From NCBI GenBank assembly GCA_963816355.1, contig CAWFKH010000005.1, forward strand, positions 32,001 through 96,000: DNA of 64,000 nucleotides, written 5' to 3'. Shown here in pieces: positions 18,641-28,500 of this stretch (position 1 is the stretch's first letter; each line of letters opens with the position of its first letter). Under the pieces are notes generated by a model. That model made no database searches, was not told the origin of the DNA, and worked only from the letters and a program-made list of their open reading frames with translations. The position numbers and the translations under genes were made by a program. The stretch is from an uncultured Gemmatimonadales bacterium. Lineage in GTDB: Bacteria; Gemmatimonadota; Gemmatimonadetes; Longimicrobiales; RSA9.

Positions 18641-19707
18641 GCCCCTTCTCCTTTGCTGGTCGTCCTCGGTTTCTCCCGCACGCCCCCCGAATCCTCTCCA
18701 CAGGAGCTGCGCACCACCAACCGCGTCCGCAGCACAGCCCGCAGCGGCGGCCCCCGCGTCGGCGCCACCAGGCGCTCCACCGCCTTCCTCCCCAGCTCCG
18801 CGATCGGCACCCGCACCGACGTCAGCGGCGGCGTCGTGTACGCCGCCATCGGGATGTCGTCGAACCCCGCCACCGCCACCTGCGCCGGCACGCGCACGCC
18901 CTCGCGCCGCAGCGCGCTCAGCGCGCCCACCGCCATCGCGTCGTTCGCTGCGAAAATCGCATCCGGCCGCGTCGCAGCGCCGAGCAACTCGCGCGCCGCA
19001 CGGTAGCCGCCCTCCTCACGGAAGTCGCCCGCCGCCTCCAACAGACCGCCGCCCCGCTGCGCCTCAGCGACGCCCGCCAACCCGACCTCCACCATGCCCG
19101 CCCGGAACCCGCGCAGCCGCTCCGCCGCGTCGTGGTTCCCCTCCGGCCCCCGGATGAACGCGATGCGACGACGGCCCAGCCCCGCCAGATGGCGGACCAT
19201 CGCCTGCGCCCCGCCGAAATTGTCGATGTTGATCGCGTCGACCGCCGCCCCGTTCACCGGACAGTTCAGCAGCACCACCGGCAGTTCCGCAGGCAGGCTT
19301 GAACGCACCGTCTCCGCCTCCAGGTCCGGCGACATCAACACCAGCCCGTCCACCCGGTGATGCATCGCCCGCAGCGCCGCCTCGATCTCGTCCCGGTGGT
19401 TGTGTGAACCGGACACCAGCAGGTGATGGCCGCACCGCTGCGCCTCCTGGTCGATCCCGCGAATCACTTCCGAAAAGAACTCGCCGTGCAGATCCGGCAG
19501 CACCACCCCCAGCGTCAACGTGCGCCGCGTGATCAGGCTCCGTGCCGCCTGGTTCGGCACGTACTTCAACGACGACGCCACTTCCCACACCCGCTGGCGC
19601 GTCTCCTCCTTCACCGGCCCGCTCGCGTTCAGCACCCGCGACACCGTCGCCACCGATACGCCCGCCTCACGCGCGACATCGCGGATCGTCACGCTCCTCC
19701 TCTGCAT
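18637..19707 (-). CDS. LacI-family transcriptional regulator
   Basis: [34 protein letters not shown] hinge; [21 protein letters not shown]. Confidence 0.96.
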   Translation of the reverse strand: MQRRSVTIRDVAREAGVSVATVSRVLNASGPVKEETRQRVWEVASSLKYVPNQAARSLITRRTLTLGVVLPDLHGEFFSEVIRGIDQEAQRCGHHLLVSGSHNHRDEIEAALRAMHHRVDGLVLMSPDLEAETVRSSLPAELPVVLLNCPVNGAAVDAINIDNFGGAQAMVRHLAGLGRRRIAFIRGPEGNHDAAERLRGFRAGMVEVGLAGVAEAQRGGGLLEAAGDFREEGGYRAARELLGAATRPDAIFAANDAMAVGALSALRREGVRVPAQVAVAGFDDIPMAAYTTPPLTSVRVPIAELGRKAVERLVAPTRGPPLRAVLRTRLVVRSSCGEDSGGVREKPRTTSKGEGA

Positions 19708-19760
19708 TCACCCCCCTCGCGGCGGGATGCTCCAGGGCGCAGCCCCGGTCGACGCGCGTT

Positions 19761-19776
19761 ATGGAAACGTTTACAT
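19761..19776. promoter_or_regulatory. LacI-type operator
   Basis: ATGGAAACGTTTACAT, a 16-bp palindrome with one mismatched pair and central CG, 54 bp upstream of the LacI gene. Confidence 0.8.
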
Positions 19777-19907
19777 CCTTACGTTCGTGACACGATCCCG
19801 TCAAGCATCGGAGACGGAGTTGGCGCCTCGTGAGACGATCTGCCGGCGTGAACGGAAATGAGCTGGCCCGGTGCGGGCCGGCCGGTCGAAGCCGGCGATC
19901 GACTCCA

Positions 19908-19936
19908 TTGACGCGCAGGCGCGCCAACCGTAGCGT
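19908..19936 (+). promoter_or_regulatory. Sigma70-type promoter, probably leaderless transcript
   Basis: TTGACG-N17-TAGCGT; only 5 nt separate the -10 from the ATG at 19942. Confidence 0.55.
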
Positions 19937-19941
19937 CGCCC

Positions 19942-21198
19942 ATGGCCCGTCCGCTCGACTCCCGCTTGGCCGCCGTGGTGGCGGCCGCCGCGATGACGCT
20001 CACGATCACGCTCGCCCCGGCCGGCTGCGCGCGGGCGCGGGTGGACGCGCAGGCGGAGGGTGGCGCCCGCGGCGCCGCGGCGGGCGACGTCGCCGATCCG
20101 TACCCGGGCTATCGCAGCCCGACGCACGCCGACCCCGCGCACTGGCTCTGCCTGCCCGGCCGCCACGACTTCTGCGACGTCGATCTGGACGCGACGGTGG
20201 TGGCGGCGGACGGTTCGACGCGGGTCGAGCGCTTCGTCGCGGCCGCGGAGGCGCCGATCGACTGCTTCTACGTCTATCCGACGGTGTCGGTCGATCGGGG
20301 CGCCAACAGCGACCTGGACCCGGACGAGGCGTACGAGGGCAGGGCGGTGCGCAACCAAGCGGCGCGTCTGCGCTCGGTGTGCCGCCTCTACGCGCCGGTG
20401 TACCGCCAGGTGACGCTGCCCACGTTCCTGCGCAGCCTGAGGGGCCGGCCGGTGCCGCGGGTGAGCGGCGTCGTCGCGTACCTTTCCGTGCTGGACGCGT
20501 GGAAGCAGTACATCGCGCACGAGAACCGCGGCCGCGGCGTGGTGCTGATCGGGCACTCGCAGGGCACGCGCCTGCTGACGACGCTGATCGAGAGGGAGAT
20601 CGACGACGAACCCGTTCTGCGCGGCCGGCTCGTGTCCGCGATCCTGCTGGGCGGCGCGATCGCGGTGCCGCGCGGCGGCGACGTGGGCGGCACGTTCCGG
20701 CACATCCCGCTCTGCCGCGCCGCCGCGCAGGTCGGCTGCGTGATCACGTACGCGTCGTTCGCGGCGGACGACCCGCCGGGACCGCGGAGCCGCTTCGGCC
20801 GGGTGGAGGAAGGCGTCGCGGGGTGCACGAACCCGGCGAATCTGGCGGGCGGCGAGGGCGTGCTGAAGCCGTACTTCGCGGCCGCGCGTGACGGTGGCGG
20901 ACTCGAGCGGCGGCTCGGCGCGCGCGCCGGGGCGGAACCGTGGGCGCGCGGCGTGGAGATCGGGACGCCGTGGGTGACGCTGCCCGGCCTCCTCAGCGCG
21001 CGCTGCACCGAGCGCGACGGCGCCTCCTACCTCGAAGTCACGGCGCACGCCGACGCGGCGGACCCCAGGACGGACGACGTCGGCGGCGGCGCGCTGCCCG
21101 GCTTCGGCCTGCACCTGATCGACGCCAACCTCGCCATGGGCAACCTCGTCGACATCGTGCGGCGGCAGGCGGCGGCCTACGCGGAGAAGAAGCGCTAG
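19942..21198 (+). CDS. DUF3089 alpha/beta-hydrolase lipoprotein
   Basis: HWLCLPG, IDCFYVYPTVS, YAPVYRQ, LIGHSQG nucleophile elbow, GLHLID. Confidence 0.85.
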   Translation: MARPLDSRLAAVVAAAAMTLTITLAPAGCARARVDAQAEGGARGAAAGDVADPYPGYRSPTHADPAHWLCLPGRHDFCDVDLDATVVAADGSTRVERFVAAAEAPIDCFYVYPTVSVDRGANSDLDPDEAYEGRAVRNQAARLRSVCRLYAPVYRQVTLPTFLRSLRGRPVPRVSGVVAYLSVLDAWKQYIAHENRGRGVVLIGHSQGTRLLTTLIEREIDDEPVLRGRLVSAILLGGAIAVPRGGDVGGTFRHIPLCRAAAQVGCVITYASFAADDPPGPRSRFGRVEEGVAGCTNPANLAGGEGVLKPYFAAARDGGGLERRLGARAGAEPWARGVEIGTPWVTLPGLLSARCTERDGASYLEVTAHADAADPRTDDVGGGALPGFGLHLIDANLAMGNLVDIVRRQAAAYAEKKR

Positions 21199-21285
21199 GG
21201 TCTGGCGTCCGATGTCCGGCGCGCGCTTACCGGCCGGCCGCAGGGCCCCTGCCGTTGAGCCCGCGCCAGCGGCTCGCGCGGGCGT

Positions 21286-21873
21286 TCACGCCGCCGGCTG
21301 TGGGTCGAGATCGAGGTCCCGCCAGGTGAGGGCGCCGCGCCATTCGCCTAGGTCCCGCGGCTCCGGCCACACCGGGTGCGCGCGCGAGCGCCGGGTCGCC
21401 GGAAACCACGCCAGCTCACGGCCGCGGCCGTCCGGCGTGGCGGCCGAACGGCAGAGGATGCCGCGCAGTTCACGCTCGCGAATCGCCGACCCGATCCGTT
21501 GGCAGGCCGCCCACGGAACTGGCTCGCCCGCCGCGTCCCGCGGGTAGCTCGCCGGCAGCCCGAGGGCCGCGAGGTCCGCCTCGCTCACCGCGCCGGCGCA
21601 CTCCTGGTGCCGCGGCAGCGTGAGGGCCACGAGCACGTAGGCGCCGTCGTCCAGGTCGTCGACGCCGACCGGCTGGCCCTCCAGCATTGCCTCGATCTGC
21701 GCCCGCGCCGTGGGGACGTCCGCATTCAGGTAGAGCGCACGAAAAGAGCCGGGCGGATTCCAGCGGCCGCCGTGCCGCTCGGCGTATGTGGGATCCAGTG
21801 GGTTCGACCAGTCCGGGTCGGCGACGCGCAGCCAGATCCGCCCATCTGGAACCCCCAGCGTGCGCGGCCTCAG
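21286..21873 (-). CDS. RES-domain toxin (start uncertain)
   Basis: WLRV, GGRWNPPGSFRALYL, WAACQRIG, GILCRSAA; directly behind an Xre-like gene. Confidence 0.8.
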   Translation of the reverse strand: MRPRTLGVPDGRIWLRVADPDWSNPLDPTYAERHGGRWNPPGSFRALYLNADVPTARAQIEAMLEGQPVGVDDLDDGAYVLVALTLPRHQECAGAVSEADLAALGLPASYPRDAAGEPVPWAACQRIGSAIRERELRGILCRSAATPDGRGRELAWFPATRRSRAHPVWPEPRDLGEWRGALTWRDLDLDPQPAA

Positions 21874-22292
21874 GGTTGGATCCGGCGCAGATCGAACATC
21901 GCGCGCACCGCCTCTAGGACCTCCCCGTGCCGGCCCGCCCTCGCCATCTCGTAGAGCGACCGGCCCCCCAGCGCGCGCGCTTCCCTGCGAACGATCGCGG
22001 GGATCCGCTCCCGCTTGACCCGCCGGTCCAGGATCTCCGTCGCCGCGTCCATCTCCGCCACGGCCTGCGCCCGCTCGGCAGGGACTCCCCGCTCCAACCA
22101 CTTCGCGAACGCCTGCCGCGAGACGCCGAACGCGCGCGCGGCCTCCGCCCCCGACAGGCTCCAGAGCCGCATCAGCCGATCCAGCGGCTGTGTCCGGACC
22201 TTGCGATCCAGCGCATCCGTCAGCTCGCGGAGCCAGTCCGCGTCCGGCGCCCGCCGGATCAACTCTTCCGCCATCTCCTTCGCCGCAGGCAT
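21870..22292 (-). CDS. Xre/MbcA/ParS-like antitoxin
   Basis: HTH-like LSGAEAARAFGVSRQAFAKW; C-terminal ARALGGRSLYEM resembles the MbcA/ParS toxin-binding domain; alternative start 22322. Confidence 0.75.
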   Translation of the reverse strand: MPAAKEMAEELIRRAPDADWLRELTDALDRKVRTQPLDRLMRLWSLSGAEAARAFGVSRQAFAKWLERGVPAERAQAVAEMDAATEILDRRVKRERIPAIVRREARALGGRSLYEMARAGRHGEVLEAVRAMFDLRRIQP

Positions 22293-22326
22293 AGCCACAT
22301 CATCCGTCCGTCCGGAGTTCAACGCA

Positions 22327-22371
22327 ACGTCAACCTACGTCAATCCAATGACAACCGCACCCCATTGTCAA
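22327..22371 (-). promoter_or_regulatory. Candidate TA promoter with operator repeats
   Basis: Minus-strand TTGACA at 22366-22371; inverted TGACAA-N10-TTGTCA (22349-22370); acgtcaa direct repeats at 22327 and 22337. Confidence 0.5.
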
Positions 22372-22402
22372 CTTCCCGCGCGGGCCGGCGCTTACGGTCC
22401 TC

Positions 22403-23665
22403 TCACCCGCCGAGCGCCCGCATCCGCTCCGCCAGCAGCGCCCGTTCCCGCTCGTTGCGTGTGAGCGACGCCGCGCGCTCCAGCTCCGCGCGCGCCTCGT
22501 CGCGCCGGCCCAGTTTCGCGAGCAGGTCGGCGCGCACGGCGGGCAGGAGGTGGTACTCCTGGAGCGCCGGCTCGGCGGCGAGCGCGTCGACGAGCGCGAG
22601 GGCGGCGTCGGGGCCGGCGGCCATGGAGACGGCGACGGCGCGGTTCAGCGCGACGACCGGTGAGGGCGCGAGGGCGGCGAGCACGTCGTAGAGCGCGACG
22701 ATGCGGGGCCAGTCGGTCGCGTCCGGGGTGCGGGCGCGGGCGTGGCAGGCGGCGATCGCGGCCTGCAGGGTGTAGGGCCCGACGTCGCCGCCGACGGTCT
22801 GCGCGCGCTCGAGCGCGGCCAGGCCGCGTCGGATGAGGAGCGGATCCCAGCGGGAGCGGTCCTGGTCCATGAGGAGGATCGGCTCGCCGTCCGGGCCGAC
22901 GCGGGCGTGCAGGCGGGAGGCCTGGATCTCCATGAGCGCGACGAGCCCGTGGACCTCCGGCTCGTCCGGCGCGAGGCGGGCGAGGACGCGGCCGAGGCGC
23001 AGCGCCTCGGCGCACAGCGCGGGGCGCACCCAGTCGTCGCCGGCGGTGGCGGAGTAGCCCTCGTTGAAGATGAGGTAGACGACCTCGAGGACGGAGGAGA
23101 GGCGGCGCTGCAACTCGTCGGCGCGTGGCACTTCGAAAGGGACGCCGGCGTCGCGCAGGGTACGTTTCGCGCGCACGATCCGCTGCGCCATCGTGGGTAC
23201 CGGCACGAGGAAGGCGCGCGCGATCTCGTCGGTCGCGAGGCCGCCGAGCAGGCGCAGCGTGAGGGCGACGCGCGCCTCGCGCTGGAGCAGGGGGTGGCAG
23301 CAGACGAAGACGAGGCGGAGCAGGTCGTCGCCGACGGGGTCGTCGATCGCCTCGATGAGCTCCTCTTCCGGCTCCGCCCCGGAGGCGTCCATCTCGCGGG
23401 CGAGCGCCTCGTGCTTCTCCTCGACGCGCTGGCCCCGGCGCAGGTGGTCGATGGCGCGCCGCTTCGCGACGGCGGTCAGCCACGCCCCCGGGTTGTCGGG
23501 CACGCCCGAGCGCGGCCAGCGTTCCAGCGCGGAGACGAGCGCGTCCTGGGCGAAGTCCTCGGCGAGGCCGACGTCGCCGACCATGCGGGCGAGGCGCGCG
23601 ATGATGCGCGCGGACTCGATGCGCCACACGGCGTCGATGGCGCGCTGGGTGGCGGGGTCCCTCAT
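22403..23665 (-). CDS. ECF sigma factor with long C-terminal TPR/DUF6596 extension (ECF42-type)
   Basis: AEDFAQDAL, PDNPGAWL, DDLLRLVFVCCHP, YLIFNEGYS, DQDRSRWD, GPYTLQAAIAACH, PSPVVALNRAVA. Confidence 0.9.
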   Translation of the reverse strand: MRDPATQRAIDAVWRIESARIIARLARMVGDVGLAEDFAQDALVSALERWPRSGVPDNPGAWLTAVAKRRAIDHLRRGQRVEEKHEALAREMDASGAEPEEELIEAIDDPVGDDLLRLVFVCCHPLLQREARVALTLRLLGGLATDEIARAFLVPVPTMAQRIVRAKRTLRDAGVPFEVPRADELQRRLSSVLEVVYLIFNEGYSATAGDDWVRPALCAEALRLGRVLARLAPDEPEVHGLVALMEIQASRLHARVGPDGEPILLMDQDRSRWDPLLIRRGLAALERAQTVGGDVGPYTLQAAIAACHARARTPDATDWPRIVALYDVLAALAPSPVVALNRAVAVSMAAGPDAALALVDALAAEPALQEYHLLPAVRADLLAKLGRRDEARAELERAASLTRNERERALLAERMRALGG

Positions 23666-23678
23666 GCGGCGCCGCGGC

Positions 23679-25553
23679 TCAGCGGGCGTCCGCGTCGGCG
23701 GCGGGCGCCTCGATCCAGCCGTCGAGGACGCGCAGCGCGAAGTCGACCTTGCCGAACGGCGCGCTCACCTGCAGTCCCTGCACGTGCGGGCGCACGCGCT
23801 CGACCATCTCGCGCGCGATCGCGAGGCCCTCCTCGAGCGCGTGCTCCCTGCCCCCCGCAGATGCGTGCCGCATGCGGCGGATCAGCTCCTGCGGCACCTC
23901 GATGCCGGGCACCTCGTTGGCGAGGAACTCCGCGTTGCGCGCGGAAACGAGCGGCCAGATCCCGGCGACGACCGGGATGCGGACGCCGCGCTTCTCCGTC
24001 TCCTCGATGAAGGCGACGAGCTGCTCCGGCGAGAAGACCGGCTGCGTGATGCAGTACTCGGCGCCCGCGTCGACCTTCCAGTAGAAGCGCTCCATCTCAT
24101 GCTCGGCGTCGACGGCGCCGGGATTCGCGCCGACGCCGATCGTGAACGACGTCGGCTCGCCGATCGCGTTGCCGCCCGGATCGAGCCCGCGGTTGAGCCG
24201 GCTCACCAGGTTCGTGAGGCCGATCGAGTCGATGTCGAAGACCGCCGTCGCCTCCGGGTACGGTCCCATCTTGGGGGGGTCGCCCGTGACGAGCAGCAGG
24301 TTGCGCAGGCCGAGCGCGTGCGCGCCGAGCAGGTCCGAGAGCATGCCGAGCAGATTGCGGTCGCGGCACGCGTAATGAACCACCGCCTCGATGCCGGCGC
24401 GCTGCTGCACGAGCACCGCCGTCGCGAGCGCGCCCATCCGCATCTGCGCCCGCGGCCCGTCCGGCACGTTCACGCCGTCGACGCCCGCCTCGTGCAGGAG
24501 CCGCACTCCCTCCAGCATGCGGGAGGGGTCGACGCCGCGCGGCGGCACGATCTCGACCGTCGTGACCAGCTCGCCGCGCGCGATCTTGCGTCCCCACCGC
24601 GAGCGCTCGGCGAGCGGCGTCGGCTCCGCGCTCGCCGGCTTCGGCTCGTGTGCCTTCGTGCGCGGAGAGGCGTGCGCCGGCGCCAGCATGCGCACGACGT
24701 CCGCCATGCGCCGGACGTGCTCCGGCGTCGTCCCGCAGCAGCCGCCGACGAAGCGAGCGCCGCACTGGATCATGCGGCGGGCGTATTTGGCCATGTACTC
24801 CGGCGACGCCATGTACATCTTTCGACCGTGGACCTCGCGCGGGTAGCCGGCGTTCGGCTGCGCGGAGACCGGCCGCGTCGAAGCGGGCGCCATCCTCTCG
24901 ACCGCGGCGAGGATGAGGTGAGGGCCGACGGAGCAGTTGACGCCGACGACGTCCGCGCCCCACTCCGCCATGCGCGCGGCCGCGCTCTCGGGCGCGGTGC
25001 CGTACGGCGTGGTGCCGTCGTCGCGCAGCGTGACCTGGGCGACGGCCGCCAGGTCGCACTCGGCACGCACGGCGAGCAGCGCCTGGTGCAGCTCGTCGAG
25101 GTCCGCGAACGTCTCGAGCACGAAGAAGTCGACGCCGCCCTCGAGCAGGCCGCGCACCTGCCGGCGGAACAGGTCGCGCGCCTCCTCGCCGGAGGTGGGT
25201 CCGAACGGCTCGATGCGGAGCCCGAGCGGACCGATCGAGCCGCCGACCAGCGCCCGCTCGCCCGCCGCCCGGCGCGCCAGCTCCGCCGCGCGCGCGTTGA
25301 TCTCCTCGACCCGCGCGTCGAGGCCGAACTCGGCCAGCTTGGCCGGGTTGGCGCCGAACGTGTTCGTCTCGATCAGCTCGGCGCCCGCCGCGACGTAGGC
25401 GCGGTGCACGTCGACGACGAGCTCCGGCTCGCGCAGGCACAGCTCGTCGTAGCAGCGGTTGATGAAGACGCCGCGCGCGTAGAGCATGGTGCCCATGCCG
25501 CCGTCGAAGAGGTGCGGCCGGCCGTCCTCGAGCAGTTCGCGGAAATCGCGCAT
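23679..25553 (-). CDS. yitJ: Bifunctional homocysteine S-methyltransferase / methylenetetrahydrofolate reductase
   Basis: FDGGMGT, ETNTFGAN, GVNCSVGP, GGCCGTTP, then EIVPPRG, HYACRDRN, TGDPP, ITQPVF. Confidence 0.92.
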   Translation of the reverse strand: MRDFRELLEDGRPHLFDGGMGTMLYARGVFINRCYDELCLREPELVVDVHRAYVAAGAELIETNTFGANPAKLAEFGLDARVEEINARAAELARRAAGERALVGGSIGPLGLRIEPFGPTSGEEARDLFRRQVRGLLEGGVDFFVLETFADLDELHQALLAVRAECDLAAVAQVTLRDDGTTPYGTAPESAAARMAEWGADVVGVNCSVGPHLILAAVERMAPASTRPVSAQPNAGYPREVHGRKMYMASPEYMAKYARRMIQCGARFVGGCCGTTPEHVRRMADVVRMLAPAHASPRTKAHEPKPASAEPTPLAERSRWGRKIARGELVTTVEIVPPRGVDPSRMLEGVRLLHEAGVDGVNVPDGPRAQMRMGALATAVLVQQRAGIEAVVHYACRDRNLLGMLSDLLGAHALGLRNLLLVTGDPPKMGPYPEATAVFDIDSIGLTNLVSRLNRGLDPGGNAIGEPTSFTIGVGANPGAVDAEHEMERFYWKVDAGAEYCITQPVFSPEQLVAFIEETEKRGVRIPVVAGIWPLVSARNAEFLANEVPGIEVPQELIRRMRHASAGGREHALEEGLAIAREMVERVRPHVQGLQVSAPFGKVDFALRVLDGWIEAPAADADAR

Positions 25554-25570
25554 CGGCGTCGGCCTCCCGC

Positions 25571-28500
25571 TCACGTGCTGAAGTAGCGCGCGTCGGGGTG
25601 GTGCACGACGAGCGCGGCAGTGGAAAGCTCCGGCACGAGCGCGCCGGCGTCGGTCACGTCCATGCCGAGCCGCTCGCGCGCCGGCAGCAGACGGAAGAGC
25701 TGGAGGTGCTGGCGGTGGTCCGGACACGCGGGATAGCCCCACGAATAGCGCAGGCCGCGGCCGGCGGGGATGCCGAGCTCGCGCCGGACACGGCGGTGCA
25801 CCAGCTCCGCCGCGGCTTCCGCGAGGCGCACGCCGAAGCCGTGCAGGTAATAGCCTTCGCCGTAGTCGCCTTCCTTCATCATGCGCTGCGAGCGCTCGAG
25901 CAGCGCGTCGCCCAGCGTCACGATCTGCAGCGCGACGACGTCGCGACGACCGTCGCCGGCCGCCGCGAAGTAGTCGGCCAGGCAGAGCCCGTCGCGGTCC
26001 GCCTGCCGCGGGAACGCGAAGCGCTCCGCCTCCCGCGCCGGGTCGGCCGGGTCGTAGAGGACGAGCGCGTCGCCGTCGGCGGCGGCGGGAAAGAAGCCGT
26101 ACAGCGCGCGCGGCCGCAGCCAGCCGCCGGTGAGCGCGCGGGCGCGGTAGCGCTCGAGCCGTGGCTCGAACTCGTCGGCGACGAGGCGCTCCCACCGCTC
26201 GCCCTCGGCGTTCTTCGCCCCCCAGTGCAGCCGGTAGAGCGTGTTGCGGTCGATCAGCGGGAAGAGCTCCTCGAGCGGCAGCCGATCGAGCAGCTTCCAG
26301 CCCAGGAACGGCGGCTCCGGCACCGCGACGTCGCCGGATGGACGGGGGCGCCGCGCGCGCGGTGCGGTCGCGCGCGCCTTCTCCTTCAGCTCCGCGCGGC
26401 GCGCGACGCCGCGCCGCACCTCCGCGTGGCGCGCCTCGACGAATGCGGCCCGCCGCTCCGGATCGCTGAGCGCCTCGACCGCGTGGAGGCCGTCGAACGC
26501 GTCCTTGCAGTACCACACGCCGGGCGCGTAGAGGTCGCCGTCCCCGCCCGCCGAGCGCGCCTCGTGGGCCGAGCCGGCGCCGGCGCCCGCGACGAAGGCC
26601 GCGCTGCGCACGAAGGAGGGGTTGATCGCGGCGCCGCCGCACAGCACGGGGAAGGCGAGGCCGCGGGAGTGGAGCTCCTGCACGCAGAGCGGCATCTGGC
26701 GCGACGTGGAGACGAGCAGAGCGGAGAGGCCGATCGCGTCCGCGCCGACCTCGACGGCCTTGTCGAGGATGTCGTTGACCGGCACCTGCTTGCCGAGGTC
26801 GTAGACGGTGTAGCCGTTGTTCTCGAGGATCGTGTGGACCAGGTTCTTGCCGATGTCGTGGACGTCTCCGAAGACGGTGGCGAGCACGACCTTCCCCTTG
26901 CTGCGCCCCTCGACCTTATCGAGGTAGGTCTCGAGGCGCGCGACGGCGCGCTTCATCGCCTCCGCGCTCTGCAGCACGAACGGCAGGATCAGCTCGCCGG
27001 CGCCGAAGCGGTCGCCCACTTCCTTCATCGCCGGCAGCAGCACGTGGTTGAGCGTCCACACGCCGGCCTCGTGGCTGCCGCCCCGCTCCGCGACGACGGT
27101 GTCGACGAGCGCCTCGACCCCCTCCTTCTTGCGGTGCAGGATCTTCCACTGGATCGCCGCTTCCGGCGTCATCTCCGCCGTCGGATCGAGCGCTTCCTTC
27201 TCCTCGATGTCGGCGGACTCGAAGTGCGCGATGAAGCGGGCGAGCGCGTCGTCGCGGCGGTCGAAGATCAGGTCGTCGGCGAGCGCGCGCCGCTCGGCGT
27301 CGATCTCCGCGTACGGCGTGATGTGCGCGGGGTTGACGATGGCTAGGTCGAGCCCCGCTTCGACGCAGTGGTGCAGGAAGACGGAGTTCAGCGCCGCGCG
27401 CGCGTGGCGCCCCAGGCCGAAGGAGACGTTGGACACGCCGAGCGACGTGAGCGCGCCGGGCAGCTCCGCCTTGATGCGGCGGATCCCGTCGATCGTCTCG
27501 AGGGCGGAGCGGCGATACTCGTCGTCGCCGGTCGCGAGCGTGAAGGTGAGGTCGTCGAAGATCAGCGCGCCGGCGTCGAGGCCGTACTCGCCGGTGCAGA
27601 CGTCGAAGATGCGGCGTGCGACGGCGAGCTTGCGATCCGCCGTGCGCGCCATCCCCTCCTCGTCGATCGTGAGCGCGACGAGCGCCGCGCCGTGCTCGAC
27701 GGCGAGCGGCGCGACCGCGTCGATGCGGGCGCGGCCGTTCTCGAGGTTGATCGAGTTGATCACAGCGCGGCCCGGGTACTGGCGCAGCGCGGCCTCGATC
27801 ACGTCGGCCTCCGTGCTGTCGATGACGAGCGGCGCCTCGACGCCCTGCGCGAGCAGCTTCACGAGGCTGCGCATCTGGGCCGCCTCGTCCTGCCGCTCGG
27901 TCAGCGCGACGCACACGTCGAGCAGGTGCGCGCCGCCCTCGACCTGGCCGCGCGCCACGTCGAGGATCCCCTCGTAGTCGTCCTCGAGCAGCAGCCGCTT
28001 CACCGCCCGCGAGCCCTGCGCGTTGACGCGCTCGCCGATCAGCGTCGGCGCCGGGATCTGGGCGAGGTCGAAGGCGCTCATCGCGCTGGCGACGCGGGGC
28101 GCGGCGGCGACCCGGCGCGGCGCGGGCGCGCGGCCCCACACGCGCTCGACCACCTGCCGCAGGTGCTCCGGCGTGGTGCCGCAGCAGCCGCCCACGACCG
28201 ACACGCCGAAGCGGGTGACGAACTCCTCGTGCGCAGCGGCGAGCGCCTCCGGCGTCAGCGGATAGACGGCGCGGCCGCCCTCGTTGTGCGGGATGCCGGC
28301 GTTCGGGATGACGCTGATCGGCAGCGTCGCGTGCTCCGCCAGATAACGCACCGGCTGGCGCATGTGCTCCGGTCCGGTCGAACAGTTGAGACCGACGACG
28401 TCGACGCGCAGCGCCTCGAGCACGACGAGCGCCGCGGCCACGTCCGTCCCCAGCAGCATGCGGCCGGACGTGTCGAGCGTGACCTGCGCCTGGATCGGCC

